Notes under the pieces: model-generated
The model's database searches: none
The model's input: the letters and a program-made list of their open reading frames with translations, nothing else
What the model was told of the DNA's origin: nothing
Shown here: positions 20,286 to 29,920 of the stretch, piece by piece
Layout of the letters: each line of letters starts with the position of its first letter
Position numbering within the stretch: the first letter of the stretch is position 1
Made by a program: the position numbers and the translations under genes
Virus record (IMG/VR): IMGVR_UViG_3300046029_000094
Source of the DNA: a virus
DNA: 64,000 bases
Direction: 5' to 3' (one strand)

Positions 20286-21065
20286 TTACATAGACATTCC
20301 TGTTGGTTTGTATTCGTTTTCCAATCTCCGATCATAAGCAGTGGTCACAACATTCACCTGATCAAGAACTCGGAAAAGTGAAGTAAGCATATTTTTTTCC
20401 GGATATCTTCCTAAATTGCTTACAGTTTTAGAAGTGCTGAATATTTTACGTGCCAACTGAGAAACGTTTTTATCTTCCAACAACTTGTTCATAAATAAAG
20501 AAAGTTCACTTACGTTATTGACCTTAAACTCCTCACCCTTCTTGCCTATCTTCAAGCAAATTCCTATATCCTGTGCCTGCAGAGCGTCGAATAGTGTTCC
20601 TATATTAACGTCTTTTCTATTTTTTATGGCCTGATTGCTTTCGCCAAGAACAACGGCGAGACTACCATAAAAACGACCGAGAGATTTCTCCGTCATTTTA
20701 GCAGCCCAAGAACCTTCTATAGAACCATTTGTTATATCTCTAATAGGCCCAGAAAATTTGTCATGGACCTTCAATATACCGACACGCTCTCTTGGATCTG
20801 TTTGTGAAACTGAAACATTCGGGAGGGTATCAGAAATAATGATGCTTTGAACATTGTGTGCTGGCTGTCTTTTTTCAGATGCACTTAGCCATTTAGCCAT
20901 ATTTTTAATTCTAGGCTTTTCACCCTTAATTGACTTCGAATTTATAATTTTCTGCTGAAGAGCGGCATTTAATTTATCAGATTTCATATTTAAAGCTCCA
21001 TGTTGAACAGCTCTTATTGTTTTGAGAAAATTTGCATGTGACAATGCCATAAAAAACAACAACAA
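20286..21065 (-). CDS. hypothetical basic protein (...ENEYKPTGMSM)
   Basis: Long ORF; start uncertain. Confidence 0.65.
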   Translation of the reverse strand: MLLFFMALSHANFLKTIRAVQHGALNMKSDKLNAALQQKIINSKSIKGEKPRIKNMAKWLSASEKRQPAHNVQSIIISDTLPNVSVSQTDPRERVGILKVHDKFSGPIRDITNGSIEGSWAAKMTEKSLGRFYGSLAVVLGESNQAIKNRKDVNIGTLFDALQAQDIGICLKIGKKGEEFKVNNVSELSLFMNKLLEDKNVSQLARKIFSTSKTVSNLGRYPEKNMLTSLFRVLDQVNVVTTAYDRRLENEYKPTGMSM

Positions 21066-21120
21066 TATTGACCAAACGTATTTTTTAGAATACTAAATAA
21101 TTATAAATTGGAGAAACCCG

Positions 21121-21426
21121 ATGAGCCAGATTACCGCACTTAAAGTCAAGATTAGCGCCGAAGAAGCAGAAGATCTGAAGTCGCAGTCAGAAATCACATC
21201 GCTTCCTGAAGACGGTCTTTATCTTCTTTCTGCAATCGAGCAAGCCGTCCGTCTCGGAACCGTAAATGCGAATGACATGATTAGCGGACAGGATATGCTG
21301 ATTGCAATCGCCGAAAAGCTTGAAAACGAAGGTGACAATCCTGAAGTCGTTGCGAATCTTATTGATAAAATTCGTCTGATGTCTGATTACGCGACGACGA
21401 GACTTGTTCCCATCGAAATCCCATAA
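21121..21426 (+). CDS. hypothetical protein
   Basis: GGAG RBS, 101 aa. Confidence 0.65.
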   Translation: MSQITALKVKISAEEAEDLKSQSEITSLPEDGLYLLSAIEQAVRLGTVNANDMISGQDMLIAIAEKLENEGDNPEVVANLIDKIRLMSDYATTRLVPIEIP

Positions 21427-21446
21427 TAGTTCAATAATTGAAATCT

Positions 21447-21475
21447 AAAGGACACTTTTAAAGTGTCCTTTTTTT
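21447..21475. terminator. intrinsic terminator
   Basis: AAAGGACACTTT-TA-AAGTGTCCTTT plus T run between convergent genes. Confidence 0.7.
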
Positions 21476-22709
21476 ATCGGAACGCAGCTGATATCTGATA
21501 AGGCTCTACCTTTATACGACGATCTGGCCCTTCGCCTTCCGCAGGATAGAATACCCTGTCCAGTTCATAATGTGGCTTATCTACAATCGACTTCCAGTTA
21601 CCACCCCACTGAATTGGAATATCTAGTTCTTCCGCAGCTATCTGCATTGCTGTTCTGATTTTCTCGAATCCTTCATGATCTCCAAAATCGTAGTTACCCT
21701 TCTTATTCAGAGGTACGAGATCGATAGCGTGACCAATCGTATGCCTCTCGACAGTTGCTTTTGATTTCCCTGCCTTTTTGAGCTTATTCTGCAATGCAGA
21801 TGATCTGATACCACCTGTACCTGGGACGATCTCAAATTTAATGCCTGCGATTTTCCTTGCACGTGCGACAACTTTCAATAAATCTGGATGCAACCATTGG
21901 GCTGTCGCTCGGCTTTTATCTCCAAAATCCCCCGGCAAATAGCTAGGACCGATATATGGGCCTGTAAATTTATTCACCTTAAATCGGCCAGATGTCTCTA
22001 TATTCCCAACCTGACCTAACTGTGGATTATTAACTGGTTCCGCCTTTAAAAATCCGGCCGTAACATTGGTCTGCCCTTTGATTACAGATTGATTTTCTAG
22101 ATTATTGGCGATTTTGGCATGAGCAACAAAAGCTTTAGCTGTAGCCATAGTCTCATACGTGTCTTTAGACATAAACACTTTGTCAGATCGCATTTGGTCA
22201 GTCGAAAGACTAATAGCAGCAAGCAGAGAGCTTGCTGGATGGCCTTTACCAAATTCCGCCTCAGCATTTTTGACAACATAATCCACGAATTCGGAAGATG
22301 TACGCTTCTTAACCACCATCATTGTAGCGAATGCTGTTGCTTCCAATTCGTCCGTTCCGTTGATGGCGTGACCGAGCATTTTCCATGACTTATGCGATAA
22401 TGAAGCTACCTGATCTGGACTTCCTTGTTCAGACGATACCAAGCGAGGCCCTGATATAAGGGTAGCATACACATTATTTGATCTATCCTGGCCATTGCAT
22501 CGGGATATAAAGCCAATTTTATTAGGCAAGCTTTCGCCGAATAGCACATCATGTTCAATTCTGGTTATCTGAGCATGGCCAAATTCTATCCGAAGACCTT
22601 TCTTAGCAAGAAGTGACGTTGCCATATCAGCTAAAAGATCAGCTGAGGCAGGACGTTCGATCACATATGCATCTGAAACAAAATCTTTAATTGCGACATC
22701 AGCGTCCAC
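21474..22709 (-). CDS. M15-family peptidoglycan peptidase (L-Ala-D-Glu type) with long N-terminal extension
   Basis: LHPDL, RS...Q, RHTIGHAIDL, IQWGGNW, DKPHYEL; GTG start at 22709 follows GGAGG. Confidence 0.85.
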   Translation of the reverse strand: MDADVAIKDFVSDAYVIERPASADLLADMATSLLAKKGLRIEFGHAQITRIEHDVLFGESLPNKIGFISRCNGQDRSNNVYATLISGPRLVSSEQGSPDQVASLSHKSWKMLGHAINGTDELEATAFATMMVVKKRTSSEFVDYVVKNAEAEFGKGHPASSLLAAISLSTDQMRSDKVFMSKDTYETMATAKAFVAHAKIANNLENQSVIKGQTNVTAGFLKAEPVNNPQLGQVGNIETSGRFKVNKFTGPYIGPSYLPGDFGDKSRATAQWLHPDLLKVVARARKIAGIKFEIVPGTGGIRSSALQNKLKKAGKSKATVERHTIGHAIDLVPLNKKGNYDFGDHEGFEKIRTAMQIAAEELDIPIQWGGNWKSIVDKPHYELDRVFYPAEGEGPDRRIKVEPYQISAAFR

Positions 22710-22943
22710 GGCGAACCTCCAGCGTAGTTGTTTCAACCAACTTCCCTTGATCATCAAGCTGCACGAGGAGAATACGACCGTTCCTCCGGACGGTTTCAAT
22801 AGTCAGAGGTCCATATGTCCGGTCATAATTGTCATTGGATGAATTAAAAACAACAATCCTGTTATCAATAATTAAAAAATTAACGAAACCATCTAATTTA
22901 CCGGCATTATGGAGCAAGTGCCACAAGATTCCGATGAAGGCTG

Positions 22944-23441
22944 ATGCTATCTCCTGAGGGTGTCTCGGGAGTGTTGCGTATGGTGGAAATCGTTGACGGA
23001 TTGAAATTGAAGCTGGTCGAAATCGACACCCAGCTTGATCTTCTGCGTCGGCAGATCGGCGATCTCGAAGATCAGTGGGATGCCTTCGTGAAAGTCATCA
23101 GGGTCTACGATCCCGAGTTCACCTTGGTGAACGCTGCGCCACGTAAGCCTCGTTCAGCCCAACGGGGAACGGCGAGCAGTCGTGTCACCGAGCTTCTGAA
23201 GGGGAAGAACAACCGTCACGTCGTCCTCGATATTCTGAGACGCTCGGATAGGCCGACATCCAGCTCCGAAATCGCGAGACAGTTCGCTAAAGATGTAGAA
23301 CTGGGCGAGGAAGCAGAACGACTTGAGACGGCGTTGGCGAGCAGGTTCTCGGCGACGCTCAATGGATTGCAGAAGCAGGGTCTGGTCAAACATACTGGCA
23401 CTGTCGATGGCCGTCGCCATCTCTGGGAGATCAGCCGCTAG
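22944..23441 (+). CDS. coiled-coil plus winged-HTH protein inside the IS1595 derivative
   Basis: Heptad N-terminus; VLDILRRSDRPTSSSEIA...LNGLQKQGLVK wHTH-like C-terminus. Confidence 0.7.
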   Translation: MLSPEGVSGVLRMVEIVDGLKLKLVEIDTQLDLLRRQIGDLEDQWDAFVKVIRVYDPEFTLVNAAPRKPRSAQRGTASSRVTELLKGKNNRHVVLDILRRSDRPTSSSEIARQFAKDVELGEEAERLETALASRFSATLNGLQKQGLVKHTGTVDGRRHLWEISR

Positions 23442-24050
23442 TCCGGCGGCTCACCTTGGAGCCAGACCTGGTCGCTGATATTCTGAGCAGCTCCCTGCCA
23501 GTAGCCGCAAAGGTTTCGCGAGGTTGGCCGAGCAGTGATTGTTCGGAGGAGATCGGCAAACTGCCACCGCAGGCCCATGTAGCGCGTATCCTCCTTCCAG
23601 GAGAGCATCGCCATGTACCAGTCGAGGTACTTCGTCGAGAAGCGGTGATTGACACCTTGGTAGGCTTTTTCGACGCGACTGAAGAAGCTTTCGATGACGT
23701 TTGAGTTCGTGCCGTCATCCTCCTGGTACTGCAGGCTGTGGTTCACGCGATGAATGGAAACAAGGCCGACAAGATCGTCATACGCCTTGTGCTCGTCGGC
23801 AATCAACAACGCCTTCGGGGCAACATGCTTGGCAACGGCCGCCCAGGCATCCTTGCCGTTTTCATCCATGATGACCCGCGTCAGCGTCCTGTTCGGGGCG
23901 TGCTTGTTGGCCTCCCTCAGCGCCAGGACGCACATGCGCTTGCCGTTCTGGTTTTCCTTCGGGTCAGGCCAAGCGCAACGGTCGTATTTCGAACCTCCGG
24001 TCTCCTGCGCAGAAGGGGTCGTACGTGTTCGGCCTCAAGATAGGAATTCG
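23438..24050 (-). pseudogene. IS1595-family (ISXO2-like DDE) transposase remnant, C-terminal part only
   Basis: ENQNGKRMCVL.LRE, IADEHKAY, VNHS, TNSNVIESFFSRV, YQGVNHRFS.KYL; upstream part frameshifted or missing. Confidence 0.85.
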
Positions 24051-24394
24051 CTTCTGGAGCATGTTTAGTTCCGTTCAATACGCAGGACATAGGCGGCCAC
24101 TCCGTCACTCGGGCGGAGAAAAAGGTCAGCGCTCTATTCGTATCGATCTGAACATGAAAGGACCCATATCAGGGGAGTCGCGTGGAGTCGAGTCAACTGT
24201 TGCGGTCGGCTCCGGCTAAGGGCGAAATGACACTGTGCAGGACATCACCTCTTGTCATGTCGCAAGAAACTACGTAGATTCAGCGTCTTAACTTCGAACA
24301 GGCTCTTCCGCATAGCTGTTCTCACATGTTTGTGAAAACTTTCATGCGCTTTTTTGTTGCTAACCCTGCCTGTTTTTTGTATGTATGAGGTAGC

Positions 24395-24525
24395 TTCAGG
24401 TGGCGGGACTTCTTGGTGATAGCCTTGATGCTGTAGCTGCGCACCTCTCTTGAGGTTCGGTAAACCACGGTAAGGCGCACCCGCTTCGTTATTCTCAAAA
24501 GGCTCCCGTCTGGGAGCCTTTTGTC
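24395..24525 (+). ncRNA. candidate multi-stem structured RNA
   Basis: Nested pairings GCGGG/CCCGC, TGCGC/GCGCA, ACCTC/GAGGT, then terminator CAAAAGGCTCCC-GTCT-GGGAGCCTTTTG (24496-24523). Confidence 0.5.
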
Positions 24526-24527
24526 AT

Positions 24528-25172
24528 TTAGGACTTCTTCGCTTTCGATGCCTTCCGTTTATCGCGCTTGGCAGCCCGCTTAGCCCGCACGTCGTCGGCC
24601 TTCATTTGGGCAAGCTCTCGGCGCTTATCCTCGGTCATCGGCATTCGCTCCTTGCTAAAATAGCAGGCTCGCACAGCTTGCTTCATATTCCACTTGTGCT
24701 TGTCCGTGGTGTTTACCGCCCGCTCATGACAGGTCAGCACGTTCATCTCGATCTCGAAGTGTTCGGAGTTACTCGGATAGAAGTAGTAGAGGATCACGTC
24801 ATGTATGCCTCTGACGATCCGCACAGCCGGATTGTGCGCCAATGCGGCCATGTTTTCGACCTGATTGTGGTCCTTCATCTCCCAAGTAATGCCGTTCTGA
24901 TCGAACAGGTTTTGCACGCCTTGTTGAAGAGTAAGGCATTTGGCGTAGCGGTTCGCGCAGAAGATTCGATGGCTTCCGTTATGATCTCGAAAATCGAAGG
25001 CAGCATTGTGTGCGGCCTTTTCACTGAAGACATGACAAGAGAAGCTGACGCGCACCCTGATGTCCATGCCATTAGGACCAGCCGCTTTCAGAGTATAGAT
25101 GAAAGGCGCGAGGTGGGAGATGTCGTAGTCCGCTCCTCCTACTGTAACCGTGGTTCCCAAATGATCGAGCAA
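24528..25172 (-). CDS. hypothetical passenger protein with basic C-terminal tail
   Basis: 214 aa; VSFSCHVFS, RIFCANRY, LTCHER motifs; converges on the structured RNA. Confidence 0.75.
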   Translation of the reverse strand: MLDHLGTTVTVGGADYDISHLAPFIYTLKAAGPNGMDIRVRVSFSCHVFSEKAAHNAAFDFRDHNGSHRIFCANRYAKCLTLQQGVQNLFDQNGITWEMKDHNQVENMAALAHNPAVRIVRGIHDVILYYFYPSNSEHFEIEMNVLTCHERAVNTTDKHKWNMKQAVRACYFSKERMPMTEDKRRELAQMKADDVRAKRAAKRDKRKASKAKKS

Positions 25173-26048
25173 TCAAAATCTCCTGCAATACATTTCATTT
25201 GCAATGCGGTGTCAGGCGATTCAACATAAAAGATTGCTTAGCAACATTTTTCCCGGCCCAAGGTTGTCTTATCGCGGCCCGAAGAAAAGGCAGCTTTTGG
25301 CCAAAACCGGACTTCACTCGTTAGAGAGTGTCATTTCGCCTTCAAACGGAACCGACTGCTCATCGAGCCATCAGCGTTGCTGTCTGTGGTGGTACTGTCG
25401 GCTATGATACAGTTCAGCGTGGCCCCGAGAATGACTGGTGCATTCTTCGTGCTGGAGCTATTGGCCATCGGCAGTTTGTTTTACGCGATGCATTGGAAGC
25501 GTCGCGATACAAGCCATTCAAACGCATAAGCTTATCCGAACCTTCTGGAGATTGGCGATTTGTCGTGCCACAACTGGTTTCTCTCAGTTTGTGGCACTTG
25601 CTCCATAATGACGTAATTTACCGTCGTAAAATACAGCGACTTCACCTCGTGAATTTACGGCACTTGTTCCGGTGATATTTTCCATTATGGCAATCCTTTC
25701 GGCATTAATTTAATTATTAATTATGCAGTAGACAAATTTTCACACCTCCTGCCGACAAAAGAATAAATAAGTGAGGGCGCGTATTTTGCCGCTTAGTTAT
25801 CCACACCCTGCAAAATAAAGTGTTTTATTATGGTGCACCTATTATTTAATGGGAAATCCATTAACTGATTGATTTAAATGAATTTCCCTTAAATAATTAA
25901 AATTTTACTCATTAATTGGTTTATTTAATTGGTATTTTTATCGATTAAATAATGATTATCTACGTAATTAGTTGACACAGGTATCCATTTTTCATACATA
26001 GAACGCGGAATTAACGTTCTATTAATATTTGAATGAAGGGAAGCTACA

Positions 26049-27113
26049 ATGCCAGTAAAGACCGAAGTAGTCGAATTTCTCGTTAGAAATCTATCAGCCA
26101 AATCGATGGTTGATCGAAACATCGACATCGTTCTTTATCACTATGGCTTTACTGGCATTGTAGCGCCCACGCTTGATACGACAGCTTCTCAATTCGACAT
26201 TGGAACGCGCGAACGGGTTCGACAAATCCTGCAGCAGGCATTCCTGAAGAAAGCAAGCCTCGAAGTTCTGCCCACGCTCGATATCTGCAACAAAATCATC
26301 ACTTCGAAATCTATCTGGCTCTACAGTGACCTCAAGAATGCTATCAAGTCTGAAATCGGTGACGTTTTTGAAACCAGTCTACAGGATTTGATTTATCTCA
26401 TCCAAGACATCGGCGGCGCTAAAGGATTTAAATTCTTTGACTGCAAGTTTGTCGAACTATCGCGACCTGCACTTTCTGAATGCGAAGAATGCTTTATCAC
26501 GTCTAAGAACGACGCCAAAATCTATCGAAAAATCATGTGCGCCACACGTACTTTGCCAGGAATTCTTGGCATTGCAACAGTTGGTCAGATCGATCCTGCA
26601 CCTCTTTCCATGGAATATTATCGTAAAGCCATTGAAATTGATCCAACGTCCTGGGTTTATCATGACGGTGATGCGATGTTTTTTATGTATGAAGAACGTG
26701 ACAACGTATTGCTCAATTCTGCCGAAAAAGTATTTTCCATTCACGATGAAGTCAGCGTTAATCGATTAGCAAATAGCATGCTAAACGCATTGAGCCGTCG
26801 CAGCACGCAACACAGCTTCCCATCTTCAGAGATTTTGGAACGCTATCTTGTTGAAAGCCGTCATTTTGAAGTCAATGACGACATGATCAGTTTCAAGGGC
26901 GAACACGGCAATCTCACAGAGATCGAAAACGATACGGTCACCTATCTAAACAAGACGAAATTGACCACGTTTCGTCCATTGCGAGACTACCTTCTTTCTC
27001 GTGGGCATTCTCGAATGAATATTCATGTTGCGGCGAATTATTCTTCCCTCGTTCATTTATCTCGAAATGAGAAGAACGAAAAGCAATATACACTTGTTGG
27101 GAAAGCATCTTAA
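26049..27113 (+). CDS. protein with N-terminal sigma70 region-4-like HTH
   Basis: RNIDIV..HYGF....PTLD..A.QFDIGTRERVRQIL; rest unrecognised. Confidence 0.75.
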   Translation: MPVKTEVVEFLVRNLSAKSMVDRNIDIVLYHYGFTGIVAPTLDTTASQFDIGTRERVRQILQQAFLKKASLEVLPTLDICNKIITSKSIWLYSDLKNAIKSEIGDVFETSLQDLIYLIQDIGGAKGFKFFDCKFVELSRPALSECEECFITSKNDAKIYRKIMCATRTLPGILGIATVGQIDPAPLSMEYYRKAIEIDPTSWVYHDGDAMFFMYEERDNVLLNSAEKVFSIHDEVSVNRLANSMLNALSRRSTQHSFPSSEILERYLVESRHFEVNDDMISFKGEHGNLTEIENDTVTYLNKTKLTTFRPLRDYLLSRGHSRMNIHVAANYSSLVHLSRNEKNEKQYTLVGKAS

Positions 27114-27138
27114 AAGTCGCAAATAATTAAAATTCCCA

Positions 27139-27163
27139 AGAGGCTGTCATTTCGGCAGCCTCT
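27139..27163. terminator. intrinsic terminator-like hairpin
   Basis: AGAGGCTGTC-ATTTC-GGCAGCCTCT between convergent genes. Confidence 0.6.
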
Positions 27164-27208
27164 ATTCGTATTTTTATGAATAATATTTGTGGATTTGACT
27201 TACATCAT

Positions 27209-27496
27209 CTATTTATAGCTAGAAACGTTAATCCAAGAGAATTCCGTTCCTGAAGCGTCGATACTGGCAGATGAACCGTCGTCAAATTTAATTTCGAGGG
27301 AGGTCTCAGTTACTTCGGCAGAGGTAATTGTCTTCCCGATGAAATCGCCCTTATCCACATTGATCCATGCTTCCTCAGTGCCGCTCACGGTAGCGTCCAA
27401 AGAAGTGCCGTCCGTAAAAAACATTTCCGCAGAGAGATCATATTTCTCAAGGTTCTCTATGGTTTTCCCGCACAGATTTTCAGTTAGATCCGACAT
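27209..27496 (-). CDS. small acidic protein made of two similar halves
   Basis: GKTI...F.DG.S..A..SGTE..WINV occurs twice. Confidence 0.7.
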   Translation of the reverse strand: MSDLTENLCGKTIENLEKYDLSAEMFFTDGTSLDATVSGTEEAWINVDKGDFIGKTITSAEVTETSLEIKFDDGSSASIDASGTEFSWINVSSYK

Positions 27497-27606
27497 TATT
27501 ATTTCCTAAGCTGGGAGAGCCATACGCTCACGAGGAATGTTGTTAAATAAAATATTATCACCGAACGCAATGTAAAAGGGGCACGGTTGCCCGCACCCCA
27601 TCAATT

Positions 27607-29916
27607 TTAGAACCCGAGCGCTTCGTTCGCGCTGGCCAGCTTCTTCAACTTGACCTCCGTAAGCACAGCCCGAGCGATCCTAGCTGCAGTTCGGTTCTTT
27701 ACCTGATTGGCCAAGACAGCAATCAGAGCGATCATTTCAGAGACATTCAAGGACTTGGCTAGCTTCTTGATTGCCTTTTCCTGAGAGAGACCAAGCATCT
27801 GAATCTGTGTCGCTCTTGAAAGGCGGCTTATGTCTCCTTTTAGAAGAAGATCAGGTTCTTCTTCCCAGTTAATTGCATGCAGCACCAGCTTGGCAACTGA
27901 CTTTGGATCGTACGCTTTTTTAAGATAGCGGGCAGGGAATGCAAAATCATCTTTAAGACCCAACATCTTCTTCGTATATTCGTCCATATCCATCTTGAAA
28001 TCTGACGGTTCGTCGATTTTCAACGGTTTTGGAACGAGAGGATAGTTAGGCAGACGATTTGGAAATTCCGAGAAGTCCTGCCAAGGATTGACTGCAGTCG
28101 TTTCCCTACCAGCAATCAGAGGTCCCATTCCGGTCAGAACAGGATCTGCGTCACCCCATCCTGTAGTTTGTGCGCCCACAACAGCCTCTGACATCCCGAG
28201 GGTGGCCGTCGTCATTGCCGTCCTTGTCTCCGTATTGGGGCTAGCAGACATGAATGCCTGGCTAGCGCCTGATGCCACCAGATTAAGAGACTGAGGTGCC
28301 GCCGCTGCGTATGACATGGACCGGAAAGCACCTAGGGAGCGTGAAGCAGTAGCAGGCTCAGGCAGGGCTACTTTGCGTGTCGCAGGAATACCATCCACAG
28401 CTTCGGCTTCCTCATCAACAAGGACAATGGATGTTAGATGGGTAACAAGCCCAGCCTCGGCCGCGTAAACAGCACCAGCTTCCTCTTCCATGGCTTGAAC
28501 AGCGAGATTATCCGCGAATGCTCCCACTGCAATTTTGAAATAATCATTTGTTACAGAACCTGCATGCTTGACCTCTTTAAAGCTTGCGTTGATCTCAACA
28601 CCAGCAATGTGACGTGTCAGATGAACAGGCGCGTCCTTGATGGGGACAATCGGCGACGAGACGTTACGCATTGACTTGATGGCCGCGCTAATCGCCTTGC
28701 GGACGTTTGCCCCACGAACGATGAACATCTGACCACCAGTCATCGCTGCAAGATAACCGACATTGATTTCCAGAGAATCTTCACCCACGAGAACGACGGT
28801 GAAACGAGCGCCGCTCGCAATCGCCGCTTGGACGTCGATCTTGTTCCAACTCTTGCCATCGGTCACAAGAAGGACGTTGGCTTCCTTTTCATGAGACACA
28901 ACCTTGGCGACAGCTTCCGCCAGATTTGTTCCACCAGACACAATCGGTAGGGATCGAACATAGGAACTGAGCCTGTCTCCAGTCGTGGAACCGTGAATGG
29001 TGCACTGGCTTGAGAAAGTCGAAACCGTGATGCGATCCGCAGACTTCACGACTTCATCAGTCGCTTCATCTACGCCACCTAAGACTGCGTCCCACTTGGT
29101 TTTATCGCCATTGGAGTTCGAGCTAACGCGCTCATTCATCGAGCCTGAGACATCTAGCAACATATGCATGTTGAGCGACGACTTAGCCTTGGAGAGAGGC
29201 TTGAAATCAATATTGACGATTTTGCCGTCAGCAGAGGTGCCAGACAATGAAGATGGCGTGTCTTCATAAAGCCCAATGACACGGACTTCGATTGGCTGGT
29301 TCGACTGCACCTTTGTCTTTTTGGTTACGTCCTTGCCGCCGATCTGAACGGTTCCTCTATCGGCTGAGATTGTAACGGATACCGACTTTACGTCACCGCC
29401 TGTAGCAATGTCGTCGCTGTCTTCGAGCGGAGTGACGCCATAAATCTGCCCCACGGTAAGTGGTATTCGAAACGATCCGTTTCCCTTAGCAAGTGTAACT
29501 GGAACAACATAAGTGGCTGAAACCTCGATTTCTAAACCTGGAGCAACATTACCAACAGAGAGCATGTGAAGCCCTCGCAGAAGCTCTTCGTGGAGGATTG
29601 CTCGCTTTCCGTCATCAATTGCATTTTCATAGGTCTCACGAGCTTTAACTGCGGCCTGCGCCTTGCCAGTTAGAACGCGACCGTCGACCTTGGCTTGGAT
29701 TTCATAGACGGCGGCATCAAATGGAACAGGGAACGTCATCGTTGCTTCAATCGGACGCTTTTCAACGTTCTTGAACACGCGGGTCGAGCGAACGATTGCC
29801 AGTCCAGACACGACTTCAATGTCATAGCTGGTCTTCTTCAATGGCACCGGATGCTTGCTACGCGTACGATTGCCGATAAATGTTTCAAGAGGGTGCTTCA
29901 AATCAATTGTTGGCAT
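27607..29916 (-). CDS. VIT and vWA domain-containing protein
   Basis: VIT: F.N....PIEA...FPVP.DAAV......VDGRVL.G; vWA MIDAS LLDVSGSM, SGGT, LVTDG. Confidence 0.9.
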   Translation of the reverse strand: MPTIDLKHPLETFIGNRTRSKHPVPLKKTSYDIEVVSGLAIVRSTRVFKNVEKRPIEATMTFPVPFDAAVYEIQAKVDGRVLTGKAQAAVKARETYENAIDDGKRAILHEELLRGLHMLSVGNVAPGLEIEVSATYVVPVTLAKGNGSFRIPLTVGQIYGVTPLEDSDDIATGGDVKSVSVTISADRGTVQIGGKDVTKKTKVQSNQPIEVRVIGLYEDTPSSLSGTSADGKIVNIDFKPLSKAKSSLNMHMLLDVSGSMNERVSSNSNGDKTKWDAVLGGVDEATDEVVKSADRITVSTFSSQCTIHGSTTGDRLSSYVRSLPIVSGGTNLAEAVAKVVSHEKEANVLLVTDGKSWNKIDVQAAIASGARFTVVLVGEDSLEINVGYLAAMTGGQMFIVRGANVRKAISAAIKSMRNVSSPIVPIKDAPVHLTRHIAGVEINASFKEVKHAGSVTNDYFKIAVGAFADNLAVQAMEEEAGAVYAAEAGLVTHLTSIVLVDEEAEAVDGIPATRKVALPEPATASRSLGAFRSMSYAAAAPQSLNLVASGASQAFMSASPNTETRTAMTTATLGMSEAVVGAQTTGWGDADPVLTGMGPLIAGRETTAVNPWQDFSEFPNRLPNYPLVPKPLKIDEPSDFKMDMDEYTKKMLGLKDDFAFPARYLKKAYDPKSVAKLVLHAINWEEEPDLLLKGDISRLSRATQIQMLGLSQEKAIKKLAKSLNVSEMIALIAVLANQVKNRTAARIARAVLTEVKLKKLASANEALGF

Positions 29917-29920
29917 GTAT

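Larger units (their letters stand above)
22902..25613. mobile_element. non-autonomous IS1595-family element with passenger genes
   Basis: 23-bp terminal IRs CGGCATTATGGAGCAAGTGCCAC / GTGGCACTTGCTCCATAATGACG (1 mismatch); 8-bp TSD TAATTTAC at 22894-22901 and 25614-25621; transposase remnant inside. Confidence 0.9.
22699..25685 (-). pseudogene. 88-aa gene (MENITGTSAVNSRGEVAVFYDGKL/DGFVNF...RRGR) split by the IS1595 derivative
   Basis: Removing 22902-25613 and one TSD copy joins 25685-25614 in frame to 22893-22699. Confidence 0.75.

Noticed and set aside
21474..22709. Prophage lysis module
   Set aside because: No holin, spanin, terminase, capsid or tail genes recognised anywhere in the window.
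25797..25805. Perfect DnaA box TTATCCACA in an AT-rich gap as a replication origin
   Set aside because: A single 9-mer is expected by chance in 64 kb of AT-rich DNA; I saw no box cluster, iterons or rep gene.
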